Positions 36,773-47,667 of a stretch of DNA of 64,000 nucleotides are shown here, one piece after another; position 1 is the stretch's first letter; each line of letters begins with the position of its first letter. The notes beneath the pieces were generated by a model. It worked only from the letters and a program-made list of their open reading frames with translations, was not told the origin of the DNA and did no database searches. The DNA comes from a virus. The stretch is from the IMG/VR virus record IMGVR_UViG_3300017963_000201, positions 64,001 through 128,000 of that record; one strand, given 5' to 3'. A program made the position numbers and the translations under genes.

Positions 36773-38629
36773 TTACCCCGATCCTGTTAGCAAATTTGCC
36801 CCTCCCTTCGGAATTAACCTCTCTATATTATCTATACGCTTCTTAGTATCCCCATCTACAGGCCCATTACTCTTAATAAGATCTAGAACGTCTTGCACAT
36901 GAACCCGATCATCCATTTCTGCTAGTTTAGAAATCTGGTCCTCCAGATCCTCTGCAAATTCTTTAGTAATCGAGCTTTGCTTCGAAGCCCCAGGTAAGGG
37001 CAAAGGTGATGCCCCACCGCCTCCACCGCCCCCAGGGGCACTTCTAGGGGCTCTAGGGGCCGGTCCTGGAGCTTCCTCACCTTCCTCCTCACTTTCAGCT
37101 TCAGGGAAAAACTCAGGATGGTCTACTACGTATTGTCGCTCTTCTTCCTGATTCTTACGCTCAACATCCAGGTCAACACCCGCACCCTGAGAGTATGTTC
37201 TGTCAGAAAGAATACCTCTATCCTTAAGATCTCGCCACACACCCAGGATAGAAACATCTTGACTTGGATCTAGGTTTTTGCGCCACTTAATAGTAGGTAC
37301 CAAAGGATCTTTAGGTCTTTGTACTCTGATCCTGTTTTCTAATTCTTTTTCTGGGGTCTTATAAAAATCGTGCATTTCCGCAATAGGAACACAAAGTTTC
37401 TTTATGATCCACTCTTGCTCAAAAAGCATACGGATTGAAGCCAACCTTTCAAGCAAGGTCTGAAGACCCGCAATAGCAGCCGCGAATGAAGCCTCACCTA
37501 TCAAAAAGCTCTTGGCAATACCCATCGCCAACAGTTTGATACGCTCGATAAAATCCCATTCACGAGAGATCAATAAAACCCTATCGCTTACTCCGACTAA
37601 CTCAACACTTAAAGCATTATGCGTGATGATGGCAGCCAAAGGATCCGACTCTGCCAAACTTAGCTGATACGCTAAGGCTTCTTCGTCTTCTTGACTACCT
37701 AACCACCCTGTCGCCGGATCACCCAATTTGAAAATTCTTAATGGAGCTGCATGTCTTTGTGCAATTGCCAAAGATGCATTAACTACAAAGTCTTCGTACA
37801 TAGTGGTACGATATAGTCTTGTATAGAAACTCGTTCCACGTATATCTGTAGAATTAATCTTACGCGCTAGAAATGTCGTGTTCAAAGACTCCAAAGGAAT
37901 AGCTCGATTCATCCTAAAAGCATTCATAATGTCTCTAGGTATGAATTTTTGAAGTCTCCTAAACAAAGGGTCCTGCGCGTTTACGAGTTTTCGAATCTCT
38001 GGCGTTGGTAATAACCAAAGCAAAGGTTGTTCTACCGCAAGACCAACACCTTCAATTCTTACGTAATCTGGATCATGCGGAATAACACGCGCCCATATAC
38101 CTTCTGTAGAGTCAAAGATAGCATGCAGAATAAGCTCTCCGGTTATCAAGTAATCCCTGGTAAAGCCCGCGAGCTTTGGGACTAAGTTTAACTTATTAAA
38201 CATATCCTCGTAAACTTTTTTTATTCCTGGATCATCAATACCAACTAGGTCGAAAGCAGACCATGGAAGCTCAGAATACATGTCAGTTGCAATTGACACA
38301 ACCGCGTCCCTGCGATACATCTCACGCCATACAGCATTTGCTAATCTTCTATTCCTTGGAAAGTAATATTTATCAGGGGTAGACTTTCTATAATCGTAAA
38401 AAAGAGGGGCCTGTGCAACACTGTTACCCCCAGTATTCTCACTTCCATAAGCGTTTGTTGCGTTCAATTGCCCACGCTTACGCATAGAGCTGTAAAGGGT
38501 AAAGCTGTGAGGGGTTTTTGGTGGGCTCTCTACAGCACTACTCTTTTCGTATGGTTGTTGATCTGCTTGTCTTCTGGGATCCCCATCTTTACCAGGCACA
38601 ATTAATTGTCCTGTTTTTTTCATACCCAA
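36773..38629 (-). CDS. Portal protein
   Basis: 618 aa in head module; DAVVSIATDMYSELP, RGTSFYTR, LAMGIAKSFL, acidic and Gly/Pro-rich tail. Confidence 0.82.
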   Translation of the reverse strand: MGMKKTGQLIVPGKDGDPRRQADQQPYEKSSAVESPPKTPHSFTLYSSMRKRGQLNATNAYGSENTGGNSVAQAPLFYDYRKSTPDKYYFPRNRRLANAVWREMYRRDAVVSIATDMYSELPWSAFDLVGIDDPGIKKVYEDMFNKLNLVPKLAGFTRDYLITGELILHAIFDSTEGIWARVIPHDPDYVRIEGVGLAVEQPLLWLLPTPEIRKLVNAQDPLFRRLQKFIPRDIMNAFRMNRAIPLESLNTTFLARKINSTDIRGTSFYTRLYRTTMYEDFVVNASLAIAQRHAAPLRIFKLGDPATGWLGSQEDEEALAYQLSLAESDPLAAIITHNALSVELVGVSDRVLLISREWDFIERIKLLAMGIAKSFLIGEASFAAAIAGLQTLLERLASIRMLFEQEWIIKKLCVPIAEMHDFYKTPEKELENRIRVQRPKDPLVPTIKWRKNLDPSQDVSILGVWRDLKDRGILSDRTYSQGAGVDLDVERKNQEEERQYVVDHPEFFPEAESEEEGEEAPGPAPRAPRSAPGGGGGGGASPLPLPGASKQSSITKEFAEDLEDQISKLAEMDDRVHVQDVLDLIKSNGPVDGDTKKRIDNIERLIPKGGANLLTGSG

Positions 38630-39280
38630 CCATACCCTTCCGGTTTAGTGTCCCTCAATATGTCTACGCAGTTTTGATCATGATCATTGGCAATACATAA
38701 ATCACAGTTTGTTAAACCAGAGAAAGGGCAACGCCCATTCCTTAACTTAACATAAACCTGCAGCTTACATGGAGGATTGTATATAACATTATGTATTCGC
38801 CGCCCTCTCCATTGCTCTAACATAGAATTTGCTCCCCGCAATCCTCTCGATGGTATGCATATTCACAGGAGCACCGCCATTAAAGACTGCTTGCAATACA
38901 GCTTCCCGTGCTTGATTACAGGTAAAGCCGTACTGTTTTAGTTTTTGTACGGAATGGGTAATAGGTCCCAGGAAGATAACCTCTTCCCTAGCTACCAAAG
39001 TAAACATTTTACTAACTCTGTCATAGAATAATTCCATAACATCCTCCAGGCTATAATACAAAAATTACTTATGTTTTTGTCACGGCAGTAATCTTGGTTA
39101 TGTACTTTCTACAAAATATTTCAAAGTCTTTTTTATTTATATGTATTCTATAGTTCCCAAAATTAAAAGATACGTAAGGCTCACCTGATGCCATCACGGG
39201 AACATAAGCAATACATGCACCACGCCCAACGCATTTTAGCGTTCCAGGCTTTTCTTCTTTGTAGACCGCAGCTCTGAGCT

Positions 39281-40594
39281 TCATCGTCTTCTTGCTAACC
39301 GCATAGCTTGGCTAACCCTCTTTGCCTTTCTTCCGGTTTCAGAAGCTACTAAAAATTGATCCATTATACCTATACCCTCTTCAACCTCATCTATGCTTTG
39401 CTCAATCCCAAAGATAGCATTCTTTACAGAATCCCACACATCCTTGAACCAGTTTTTAACCTTGGTCCATACCTGCGCATCAACCCTATAACCCATTCGG
39501 GTCTTTCCTGGTTCAATAATCGCAAACTCTTTTTGTAGCTTCTCTTCTATAGTATCGTTTGCCATCCTAAATAATTCAATCTCTTTATCCACCTCTTCTG
39601 CAATCTTTGGGAATTTGTTTTTCAAAAAGTCTAATACATAATTCATCTCTTCAATTGGGCCTGCAGGTACTGGGGTACTCAACACTTGGGCTCTTACGGC
39701 TACAATTTTCTCTTTAAAGCGTCTTACAACCACATCTTCAAGTTTAGACAATGTTTGTTGTTCATTGCTCAAAGTAGCATAGATAGACTGCATAATCTCG
39801 GTACGTTTCATTTGCTTTTTCTTTAGCTTTTCTTGAGCTTCCTTCATCATTTCTTTTGCAAGATCAACTTCGGATTGGATATTATCAATATCTTGCCCCA
39901 ACGCTTCTACCCGATTTAATGCTTGTTGCGCTGCTTTATCAACTTCCTTCACATCCATAAACTTCTCAGGAATAAATTCACCGTAATCATGAGGAGCCCT
40001 TCTAGTAGGGGTTGTTCGTTCCTTAAACGTCTCAGGCATATCTGGTTGATCTGGGGCTGCCATAGGTGCGCCAGGAAGCGTAATACTAGTAGTTGGTCCC
40101 TTGAGTTTCTTTTGACTTTGTACGTAAATCTTATGAGCTACTTTTCTTAGCAAGTAAGCCTTTCTTAATAACCTAGATGCATCAAAGTCAATCTGATTGG
40201 CCTTGACTTCCAGCTCTTTCTCTGGTTCCATCCCTACTACTACGTGATTAGCCGATCTGCGAATCAAAGGATATACATCTTTGTTATTAAGCCTTATAAG
40301 CTGCCCCTCTTTGAGACTCTTAAATGGACCTTGATTTAATGTCTCATGGGCATATTCTTGGGTTTGTTTAATTACGCTATTTACAATCTGAGGCGAGAAG
40401 CCCATGTCCTCTAGTAAAGCCTCTATCTCTTCCCACGCCATGCCCATGAACCAATAAGACTTGGCATGCTGAAGAGCATCGTCTTTAGCAGAGTAGTTAT
40501 CTTCCTCTTGAGCTACCCTGTTTATGGGCTCTTTATTTATAAGCCTTTGGGCCAGTCTAAGAGTTTCTTTAGGGTACTTATTGGTCAAGCGCAT
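39281..40594 (-). CDS. Coiled-coil protein with several basic-AQ motifs (putative head protein)
   Basis: LRLAQ, NRVAQ, RVDAQ; heptad region. Confidence 0.6.
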   Translation of the reverse strand: MRLTNKYPKETLRLAQRLINKEPINRVAQEEDNYSAKDDALQHAKSYWFMGMAWEEIEALLEDMGFSPQIVNSVIKQTQEYAHETLNQGPFKSLKEGQLIRLNNKDVYPLIRRSANHVVVGMEPEKELEVKANQIDFDASRLLRKAYLLRKVAHKIYVQSQKKLKGPTTSITLPGAPMAAPDQPDMPETFKERTTPTRRAPHDYGEFIPEKFMDVKEVDKAAQQALNRVEALGQDIDNIQSEVDLAKEMMKEAQEKLKKKQMKRTEIMQSIYATLSNEQQTLSKLEDVVVRRFKEKIVAVRAQVLSTPVPAGPIEEMNYVLDFLKNKFPKIAEEVDKEIELFRMANDTIEEKLQKEFAIIEPGKTRMGYRVDAQVWTKVKNWFKDVWDSVKNAIFGIEQSIDEVEEGIGIMDQFLVASETGRKAKRVSQAMRLARRR

Positions 40595-40604
40595 AGTTAA
40601 ACTC

Positions 40605-40823
40605 CTATAGGTTATCTAGCAGACTATCAATCTCAGAAGCGTGCTGTTGAATCTCAAACATGTTATCCCGTAACATATTCTCAAGACCGGGATCTAGCTC
40701 TACAATCTTATTACCTACCTCTTGAGATACTTCACCGGCAAGCATAGTAATGGCATAGAGCAAATCTATAATGTTGGATTTAACTTCATCTGGATCGTAG
40801 TATTCTTGGGCTTTGATCTTCAT
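40605..40823 (-). CDS. Small acidic AQ-tagged protein
   Basis: MKIKAQ then acidic body; GAGGAG RBS. Confidence 0.65.
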   Translation of the reverse strand: MKIKAQEYYDPDEVKSNIIDLLYAITMLAGEVSQEVGNKIVELDPGLENMLRDNMFEIQQHASEIDSLLDNL

Positions 40824-40835
40824 AAATAAACTCCT

Positions 40836-41819
40836 CTAGTGTTGATAATCAATAACACCTAAATTTCTAGTATACATATCGTCTATATCATAAACCACTA
40901 ATCCGTCATTAGTAATCACAGCAGAAGGATCAAAATGATCCCCAAACCAATTAACCAATTCATAGTTGTCAAACGCTTCTGCAGATTCTACTATATTTTT
41001 TGGGTTAAATTCCATACTCAAAGATTTAATAGAATCTTCATAATCATCATCCGGGTTTCCTTCTCTCTCTATGTATTCTTCTATGTATTCTGGTAAAATG
41101 TTTCCACTAAAAAAGTCTTCAGTAATAGCTTTAATCACTAGATTTAACATTTGTGGCTCATTCATATTAATAAGTCTAGCATTAGGCTTTGGCTGAATAA
41201 GCCATACACCACCATCTTCAGTAGAGTACTGAATACCAACATCCCAACTTTTGCTGCATAGGATAATGTGACCCGTATTTAGGTCGTGTCTACTAGACCT
41301 ACCATGGATCCAAACATCTTTAGGTAAGGGATCAAAAGGATTTATATCCTGTATACCTACGCTACCAAAAAATCCTTGTCTTAAATACTTTCCCTTTCGT
41401 ATAATTTCTACCAATTCTAACTCATCTTCACGACCCGTCATAGGGACGATATAAACTGTTCCCTGCTCATCTATGTCTTCGCAACCATCGAACCCCATTT
41501 TTTTACCACACTCACCCCGCTTACCCTGAAGCCACCACGAATCTTCCGCGTCTGCTTTGTCGTGATACTCTGATGCTCTTCCATCAAGTATCTTTTCTGC
41601 AGTTTCTAAATCAACCCTAAAGCGTTCTGCAATATCGTTAATAATCTCTTCGTCGTATAACTTATACACAGGCACACAATCGAAATCCGCTTCATACACA
41701 TAAACAGTAGAACTTTCTGTCATCATATAAATACCATCAGAGAAGAATAAACAATCACCCGCTACACCAAAAGGGTTAATATCACCCTTCTCTATAGGTT
41801 CTGGGCTAGTATGAATCAT
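40836..41819 (-). CDS. Acidic two-domain protein, possibly ADP-ribosyltransferase-like folds
   Basis: HTS...LFFS...YVYE...GFDG and WIHG...CSKS...QYS...VITND patterns. Confidence 0.4.
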   Translation of the reverse strand: MIHTSPEPIEKGDINPFGVAGDCLFFSDGIYMMTESSTVYVYEADFDCVPVYKLYDEEIINDIAERFRVDLETAEKILDGRASEYHDKADAEDSWWLQGKRGECGKKMGFDGCEDIDEQGTVYIVPMTGREDELELVEIIRKGKYLRQGFFGSVGIQDINPFDPLPKDVWIHGRSSRHDLNTGHIILCSKSWDVGIQYSTEDGGVWLIQPKPNARLINMNEPQMLNLVIKAITEDFFSGNILPEYIEEYIEREGNPDDDYEDSIKSLSMEFNPKNIVESAEAFDNYELVNWFGDHFDPSAVITNDGLVVYDIDDMYTRNLGVIDYQH

Positions 41820-42072
41820 TACTACTCCTCAGGAGTAATAACATCTAGCAAATCGTTTAGCTGCACAGACATTTGATCCGCATGGTCAGCTAAAGAATCC
41901 GTAATCTCTATCGATGCTTCACCTTGATCCAATAGCTTCTCTATTTTTTCTTCGTTCAACTCTTCTTTGGCCATACCTAGTAGCTTTTCTACAGAGGCTA
42001 CCAAAGATCCAGAGATCTCTTGGATCTTAGTTTTCAATTCCATTATGTTTTTGATTTGTGTTTCCATTTTTA

Positions 42073-42591
42073 TTAATAACTTCTATTGCGTGGGGCTTCA
42101 GGCATTAAAGCACGATCAAATATATCCCAGGCTTTTACCCAAATGTGCTCCGGGATAGCTTCTAATTCTGATCTAGAATATTTATCAGATAAATGATCTA
42201 AAACAATTCCCCAATCCTCTAGCAACTCTTCTTTTACCACCCAAGATGCAAAATTATCTTGTAATACCTCAGCCAGCTTTCTTGCATCCCAGTCCCTCTG
42301 CGCCCATTTTCTAGAACTATACTTCTTCCGAATCTCCTCCCATTCCGACTCATCCATCTCATAATAATTCGAATCATCCACTTCGTAACCATCAGCTTTT
42401 AGCTCTTCTACCAAACCGGGTTTATCCATAATAATAGCGTATGCTATATCCATATCACTGGGTGCTTCCCACATAGTATCCATGATACTAAATTCATATA
42501 CAGCCTCTTCAATATCGAAAGTATGGACAGTTACGAAACCGTCGTCATGGTCCATATTATCTAAATAGATTTTGAAAGCATTGCGTTTCAT
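42073..42591 (-). CDS. Acidic two-module protein with internal RKWAQ
   Basis: ORF track; motif. Confidence 0.6.
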   Translation of the reverse strand: MKRNAFKIYLDNMDHDDGFVTVHTFDIEEAVYEFSIMDTMWEAPSDMDIAYAIIMDKPGLVEELKADGYEVDDSNYYEMDESEWEEIRKKYSSRKWAQRDWDARKLAEVLQDNFASWVVKEELLEDWGIVLDHLSDKYSRSELEAIPEHIWVKAWDIFDRALMPEAPRNRSY

Positions 42592-42594
42592 GTT

Positions 42595-43167
42595 TTACCC
42601 CTTTATAATTTCCCACAGATCTCTTTTGGCCTGATTAACATCTTCACGATCTACGTCGTAATCTTTAGCATGATTATTTATATAATCCAATGCATACTGA
42701 TAAAATTCTTCTGGGTAAGCATCGCATGCGGCATCCTCAGTAATTAAAACAATACCACCATACGTATGTCCCTCCCCTAACTCTGGGTGATCCTCCAAAA
42801 CTTTTGCTCTAGCATAAATATACGAATCGCTAAGTAATTCCAGTAACTGTATACTATAAATCCCAGAAAAATTGGTAGATATGTCTACCTCAGATCCATC
42901 ATAGTATGCCTGTGCAGCTACGTCTTCTATCTGATCAAAAAAGTTTTTTGCGTCATCGGGGTGATTAAACAGCATAATCCACCCATATTTTCCTGCATCC
43001 AGGTCCTTTTGATTATACTTAACTACAGCGGGTTCTCTAGGAAATAGCGCGTAAACCAACCCATCCTCACTAGATAAAAAATCATCTTCTGGAGTACCTA
43101 AAGCATAAATCTCATTGAAAGGAATTTTCTTCCATTCTGCTGCCTGTGCTCTAACTTTACGGTACAT
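42595..43167 (-). CDS. Acidic AQ-tagged protein
   Basis: MYRKVRAQ then acidic body. Confidence 0.65.
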   Translation of the reverse strand: MYRKVRAQAAEWKKIPFNEIYALGTPEDDFLSSEDGLVYALFPREPAVVKYNQKDLDAGKYGWIMLFNHPDDAKNFFDQIEDVAAQAYYDGSEVDISTNFSGIYSIQLLELLSDSYIYARAKVLEDHPELGEGHTYGGIVLITEDAACDAYPEEFYQYALDYINNHAKDYDVDREDVNQAKRDLWEIIKG

Positions 43168-43169
43168 TC

Positions 43170-43844
43170 TTACCCCCTTTTATGTGCTGCCTTATCCACT
43201 CTATTGTCACGCAGGATTTCATCCAAAACGTCTTCAGCTTCCTCATCTGACATTTCCAGGATCATAGTCTCTAGCTCATCATCTGGACCTGTAATTTGAA
43301 GCACCCGATCCAATTTATCTAGCACCTCGGCTTGGAACGCAGAGTTATGTCTTAGAGCAGCACCTTTTCCCTTAGGTATTTTATAAATACCATCAGCCGG
43401 GCTTATGCGTAACCCACAAGGACAACCAACACTCTCGTTTTCAATAAACCCACCAACACCATACTCCTCATAAACAAAAAGAGGACGATCACATATAGGA
43501 CAGCGTTTGTTGTCTCTCACGTACTTAAAAATTTTTCGGGCTTCCCTATATCGGGTTTCCCAATCTTGGGTTTCCAGATCTTGGAACGCGGCATTATGTC
43601 TTCGATAACCTCTACGTCCACTAATAGGAATTGGGGGGTTACCCTCATCATCTACCCAATCTTCTGCACAGTCTTCACAAAGGTACACCCAACGATCTCC
43701 TGTATTACCAAAGGGGTGATGCATATACGCTTTGTACTTTGCTGGATTCTTATTGCTCTCATCGTAGTACAAACAATTCTCACACAGTTCTTGTCCTGCA
43801 CTATGTCTTCGATAACCTCTACGTCTTTGTGATCTGACTCTCAT
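43170..43844 (-). CDS. Modular protein: two zinc-finger-like modules and an acidic module separated by repeated RH(S/N)xx(F/G)Q-type linkers
   Basis: CENC/CEDC, CPIC/CPC; linkers RRGYRRHSAGQ, RRGYRRHNAAFQ, LRHNSAFQ. Confidence 0.65.
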   Translation of the reverse strand: MRVRSQRRRGYRRHSAGQELCENCLYYDESNKNPAKYKAYMHHPFGNTGDRWVYLCEDCAEDWVDDEGNPPIPISGRRGYRRHNAAFQDLETQDWETRYREARKIFKYVRDNKRCPICDRPLFVYEEYGVGGFIENESVGCPCGLRISPADGIYKIPKGKGAALRHNSAFQAEVLDKLDRVLQITGPDDELETMILEMSDEEAEDVLDEILRDNRVDKAAHKRG

Positions 43845-44069
43845 AATTTCTCTCTCTCTCTCAAAAGTTATTAAACTTAGTTCCAATATCACCCAGTATA
43901 GAAATTAACTTTTCCATACTTTCTTTGAGAACTTTATACTTCTCTAAATCTTCTACAGGTATATTATCGTCTTTAGCTGCTAATTCATTTAACTGTCGAT
44001 ACTTTGAATCTAATTCAACTAAAGATTTAGCAACAGTAATATTAAGTTCAGCAATTTTTTGATTAATCA

Positions 44070-44603
44070 TTAGGACACTTCAACAGAAGAATTAAGCTTA
44101 ATACCAAGGGCTTTGCAGCTACCACCAGGAATTTCCAAAACACCACGAACCCTATCACAAGACCAATGCTCTCGGGCACCCGGTTGGGCATTATGGATAA
44201 TCTTGGCCACCTTGAGACCTAGAATGCTATCCTTGATAAACAGGATGTCTATTGGAAAGCCCACAGAGCCCATATGGAACGTTACGTGGTCCCCACCAAA
44301 GGGAAACCACATCCCCTCGTCTTCGGCAAGGCTAGAGACCACTTCTAGCCCTCGGGCTTTTTGCCAAGCCGTCGAAGCTACGGTCACCCTAAAATTGTAA
44401 TCATTTACCTTGACACGCTTGGTAGCTTTTGGTAAGAAGCTAAGATTCCTGACAGGCCACCAAGATCCATCCACATAGGCATAGATACTCGATGTGGCTT
44501 GGACTATACCCTGCTCACCGTTTGGCAAAATAACTTCCATACCTTTTTCTATAAAAGGTACATGGGGTCTCTCAGGATTTCTAAAGTTTACTTTGTGGCG
44601 CAT
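44070..44603 (-). CDS. DUF192-domain protein
   Basis: VASTAWQKARGL...EGMWF...FHMGSVGFPIDILFI...VLEIPGG. Confidence 0.82.
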   Translation of the reverse strand: MRHKVNFRNPERPHVPFIEKGMEVILPNGEQGIVQATSSIYAYVDGSWWPVRNLSFLPKATKRVKVNDYNFRVTVASTAWQKARGLEVVSSLAEDEGMWFPFGGDHVTFHMGSVGFPIDILFIKDSILGLKVAKIIHNAQPGAREHWSCDRVRGVLEIPGGSCKALGIKLNSSVEVS

Positions 44604-44993
44604 TCATTCCTCCACAGTACCAAGGTTTCTGGTATTCATAGAATCCACGTCATAAACTACAAAGCCCTCGTTTGTAACTACCGCCGATGGATCAAAAGGT
44701 TGTATATATTCCAACGATTCAGTCATAGTAATTGCTTAAGCAAACCATTCTTCGCCAAATTCCTCGGCATATAATAAAGCCATTTCGTTAAGGACCTCCT
44801 CAAAAGAATCCACACGAATAAAAGAGATATTAAAACCTAAAGATTTGGCTAAAGCCTTAATATCTCCTCTATCTCTTAGGTTGCGACCTGACCAATCGAT
44901 TACAAACTTTGCTTGCCCATTCTCACTAACCACGGCCACATCCATACCAGTGTCTATGTACGCTTTCTTCATCCCAACACATCCTGTTCCCAA
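44604..44993 (-). pseudogene. ORF with in-frame TAA (44736-44738) before a segment paralogous to the 40836-41819 C-terminus
   Basis: After the stop: FDPSAVVTNEGFVVYDVDSMNTRNLG vs FDPSAVITNDGLVVYDIDDMYTRNLG. Confidence 0.55.
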
Positions 44994-45262
44994 TATTCTC
45001 CACCAAGAGCATTAATAACACGCTCTTGTGTTTTATTAATTATGTCTTTCACAAAGTCAAACTCCGCACCTTTAGGGTGAGTGAATATAGAATTAATGTA
45101 ATTACCGACCCGAAGGGCAGCATCGTCTAAGATTAACTTTGTAAGTATACTCACATGATGTTCTACATAATCCTTCCATTCTTGATCCGTAAGGTGAGCA
45201 TATTCATCCTCAGTATCAAATATGCCCGGTGTATTGTACTCTCTTTGGGCTATTCTATACAT
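44969..45262 (-). CDS. AQ-tagged protein
   Basis: MYRIAQ after GAGGGAG. Confidence 0.6.
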   Translation of the reverse strand: MYRIAQREYNTPGIFDTEDEYAHLTDQEWKDYVEHHVSILTKLILDDAALRVGNYINSIFTHPKGAEFDFVKDIINKTQERVINALGGEYWEQDVLG

Positions 45263-45503
45263 GTTACGCTCCCTCAATCAGCAAGATAACATTGTTGAAC
45301 TTTCAAACCGTTCTCATTTAGGGCATCCCATATGTCCTCAAATTCTTCTTTTGACATAGGATCTGAGAATTCTACCTTATTAGGGCCTACCATTACATCG
45401 TCCCTCCCATAATCATCCAAAATGTCATAGAGTAAATCCTCAGAACCGGGACTAAGGTACCAAACAAATTTAAAGTAGGTACGATCTACTTCGTTGGGCA
45501 TAA

Positions 45504-45707
45504 CTACCCTCTCAATCCTCGAATAGCCCTTCTCAGATATAAACTAGCCAACCTCCCTGTACCTTTGCCCCTTCCTTCCCCTTCACCGTACCCAGGTCCA
45601 TCCTCTTTGCATGGACCTGTGTTTCTATTCCTACGACCACTTCCGGGTTGCCCTCTACCCTTACCAGACCCATCTTGCCTTGGTCCCCTTTGTGATCTTC
45701 TAAACAT
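45504..45707 (-). CDS. Gly/Arg-rich small protein
   Basis: MFRRSQ after GGAGG; ends YLRRAIRGLRG. Confidence 0.6.
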   Translation of the reverse strand: MFRRSQRGPRQDGSGKGRGQPGSGRRNRNTGPCKEDGPGYGEGEGRGKGTGRLASLYLRRAIRGLRG

Positions 45708-45891
45708 TTTAATCCTCCACACTTTCTAATTTTGATACATCACCACCATCTGATTCATAAGAATCAAATGTCTCAAGAACTAATTCACCATTTTCATATA
45801 ACCCATCTGAACCCCTAGTTAGATAAGGACGATCCCAACCCATCTGATCACACATATCATAAAATTGATCTTCAGTTATAATATAGGGATC

Positions 45892-47667
45892 CTATGAGTA
45901 ATGATCGCTCACAAGAACATACTTTTGATCTTCTTGAGCTAGAATTCTTAATGCTTTATTTAGTTGTCTTTTTGCACTACCCTTTAATACATCCCTGTCA
46001 CCATTTTCATAGATCACTTCTACCCAAACATCACCTTTACCCAGCACTCTTTCAAGTGACCTTTTTGCTTCTAATGCAGTTTCTTTATCCCAAGTTGTAA
46101 TATAGGCATCGTCACAATATAGCTTTTTTCCTGCATCTTCTAATTCATAACAAACATCTTGATAATTTCCATCAATTGCATTTTTACCAACGACATGGTA
46201 TTCTACTACATTTTCCTTTTGTGCTTTCATACCTTTTCTCCTTGAGGCTAATTCTAATGGTCCCTCATCAGTGTCTTCAAATTCTACAAACTCACGATAC
46301 TCATGAGTCTTCTCAGGACCCTTGGTGTCTTCTTTAGTTTTCCAAAGTGCATCCCAAATAGATTTCAGATGATTCCAAGTTGAGCTTTGTTTTACCGCTT
46401 GGATCCATTCTTTGAGATTAGGAAGTTTTGGTTCCCATGCTTGCAATGCCCTAATCAACTCGTTTTGCTCCCCGGCAAAATCCAAGGCTTGAGCACCCCT
46501 ACTTAGCATATCCGATATACTTCTGTTTTTGTACATCGGGATGTCAGTAGGCCCGCTCCAAAGATCGTCCTCAACCTTGGTATAGTTTCGGTTCTTTACT
46601 TTGACGTTTGTACCAATTGGAGCTTTATCTACATCAACTTGGGCTCTTCTTCTATTTGCTCTTTGTACCGTAACAGGATAAAAGCCGTACCCCTCTAATT
46701 TTTGTTCTGCTTCCTGTAAAGAATCTGCGTCTACTATATTACCGTCCGCATACTCAACAAAATAATATGGCCCTTTCTTTATAATCCAGGCATCTTCATC
46801 TTCGGTACGCCACTTGCTAATAGTCTCTTCGGGAGCAAACTCTTTAATCACTTTGCCGGTATTAGCATCAAAAATACTTAAATCTTCTTTGAGCACATCA
46901 ATGTCTTTTGCCAATAGAGCATAGGCTTCTTCAGCTTGCTCCAAGTTATCATAATCCTCTTCGTACAGAATCTCACCATGCCCCTCCCCCGGAACTAAGC
47001 CAGTAATCGCTACCGTATATTGATCAGGGTATTTTTCACTCCTAGGTGGCACATGGAAAAAGTCATCGTGACCTTGGGCTCGCTTACGCATAACGGATCC
47101 TTTCTTTAGTTTTCTACGCTGTTCCCGCAATGATTCCACTTCGTTTTGCGGAAGCAAGGTACGCAACTTCCTAAGAGCACTTCCGGGAGATGGGTTATCG
47201 ATAGCCAAAAATAAATCGATTGCTTCCTGTATCTCAGAATCCTTAATGAGTTGGGCGCTCTCAAACTTATCTATATACCCACGCGCTAAATTACCAACAT
47301 ACGCATCTATAGTCTTATCCCCCCGATCCTTTGCTGCAAACCACCTATGCTTACCATCTAGTATAATAACATCCGGAGGAACACCATGGGTACCAAACTC
47401 GCTCTGAATTCTTCCTACATTATTAATATTAATATCTACTATTATAGGACCTTCTGACATAGATTTGCCATCTTCAACCAAGGTAACCGGAGCTACAGAG
47501 TCTATAGGTATAGTATCAAGATAAAAGACATCACTTTCGATCCAATAATCAGCAAGATCCTGCGCGTCTTTACCCAAGTTGTAATACTGATCAGCTAAAA
47601 TTTGTGCTACTTGATCTTTATCTATACTATTAGACAATATTACCTTCCTCGTCGAATTCGTAGTCAT
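45892..47667 (-). CDS. Multi-module protein with ParB/Srx-like N-terminal domain and five internal AQ motifs
   Basis: GPIIV...ILDGKHRWFAA; MRKRAQ, RRRAQ, RGAQ, MKAQ, RILAQ; exact start uncertain. Confidence 0.7.
   Translation of the reverse strand: MTTNSTRKVILSNSIDKDQVAQILADQYYNLGKDAQDLADYWIESDVFYLDTIPIDSVAPVTLVEDGKSMSEGPIIVDININNVGRIQSEFGTHGVPPDVIILDGKHRWFAAKDRGDKTIDAYVGNLARGYIDKFESAQLIKDSEIQEAIDLFLAIDNPSPGSALRKLRTLLPQNEVESLREQRRKLKKGSVMRKRAQGHDDFFHVPPRSEKYPDQYTVAITGLVPGEGHGEILYEEDYDNLEQAEEAYALLAKDIDVLKEDLSIFDANTGKVIKEFAPEETISKWRTEDEDAWIIKKGPYYFVEYADGNIVDADSLQEAEQKLEGYGFYPVTVQRANRRRAQVDVDKAPIGTNVKVKNRNYTKVEDDLWSGPTDIPMYKNRSISDMLSRGAQALDFAGEQNELIRALQAWEPKLPNLKEWIQAVKQSSTWNHLKSIWDALWKTKEDTKGPEKTHEYREFVEFEDTDEGPLELASRRKGMKAQKENVVEYHVVGKNAIDGNYQDVCYELEDAGKKLYCDDAYITTWDKETALEAKRSLERVLGKGDVWVEVIYENGDRDVLKGSAKRQLNKALRILAQEDQKYVLVSDHYS

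Noticed and set aside
22233-45894. Genome-wide stop-codon reassignment suggested by several in-frame TAA/TAG stops
   Set aside because: TAA, TAG and TGA all end intact core genes flush with their neighbours, the lesions include frameshifts, and no suppressor anticodon (UUA/CUA) is present
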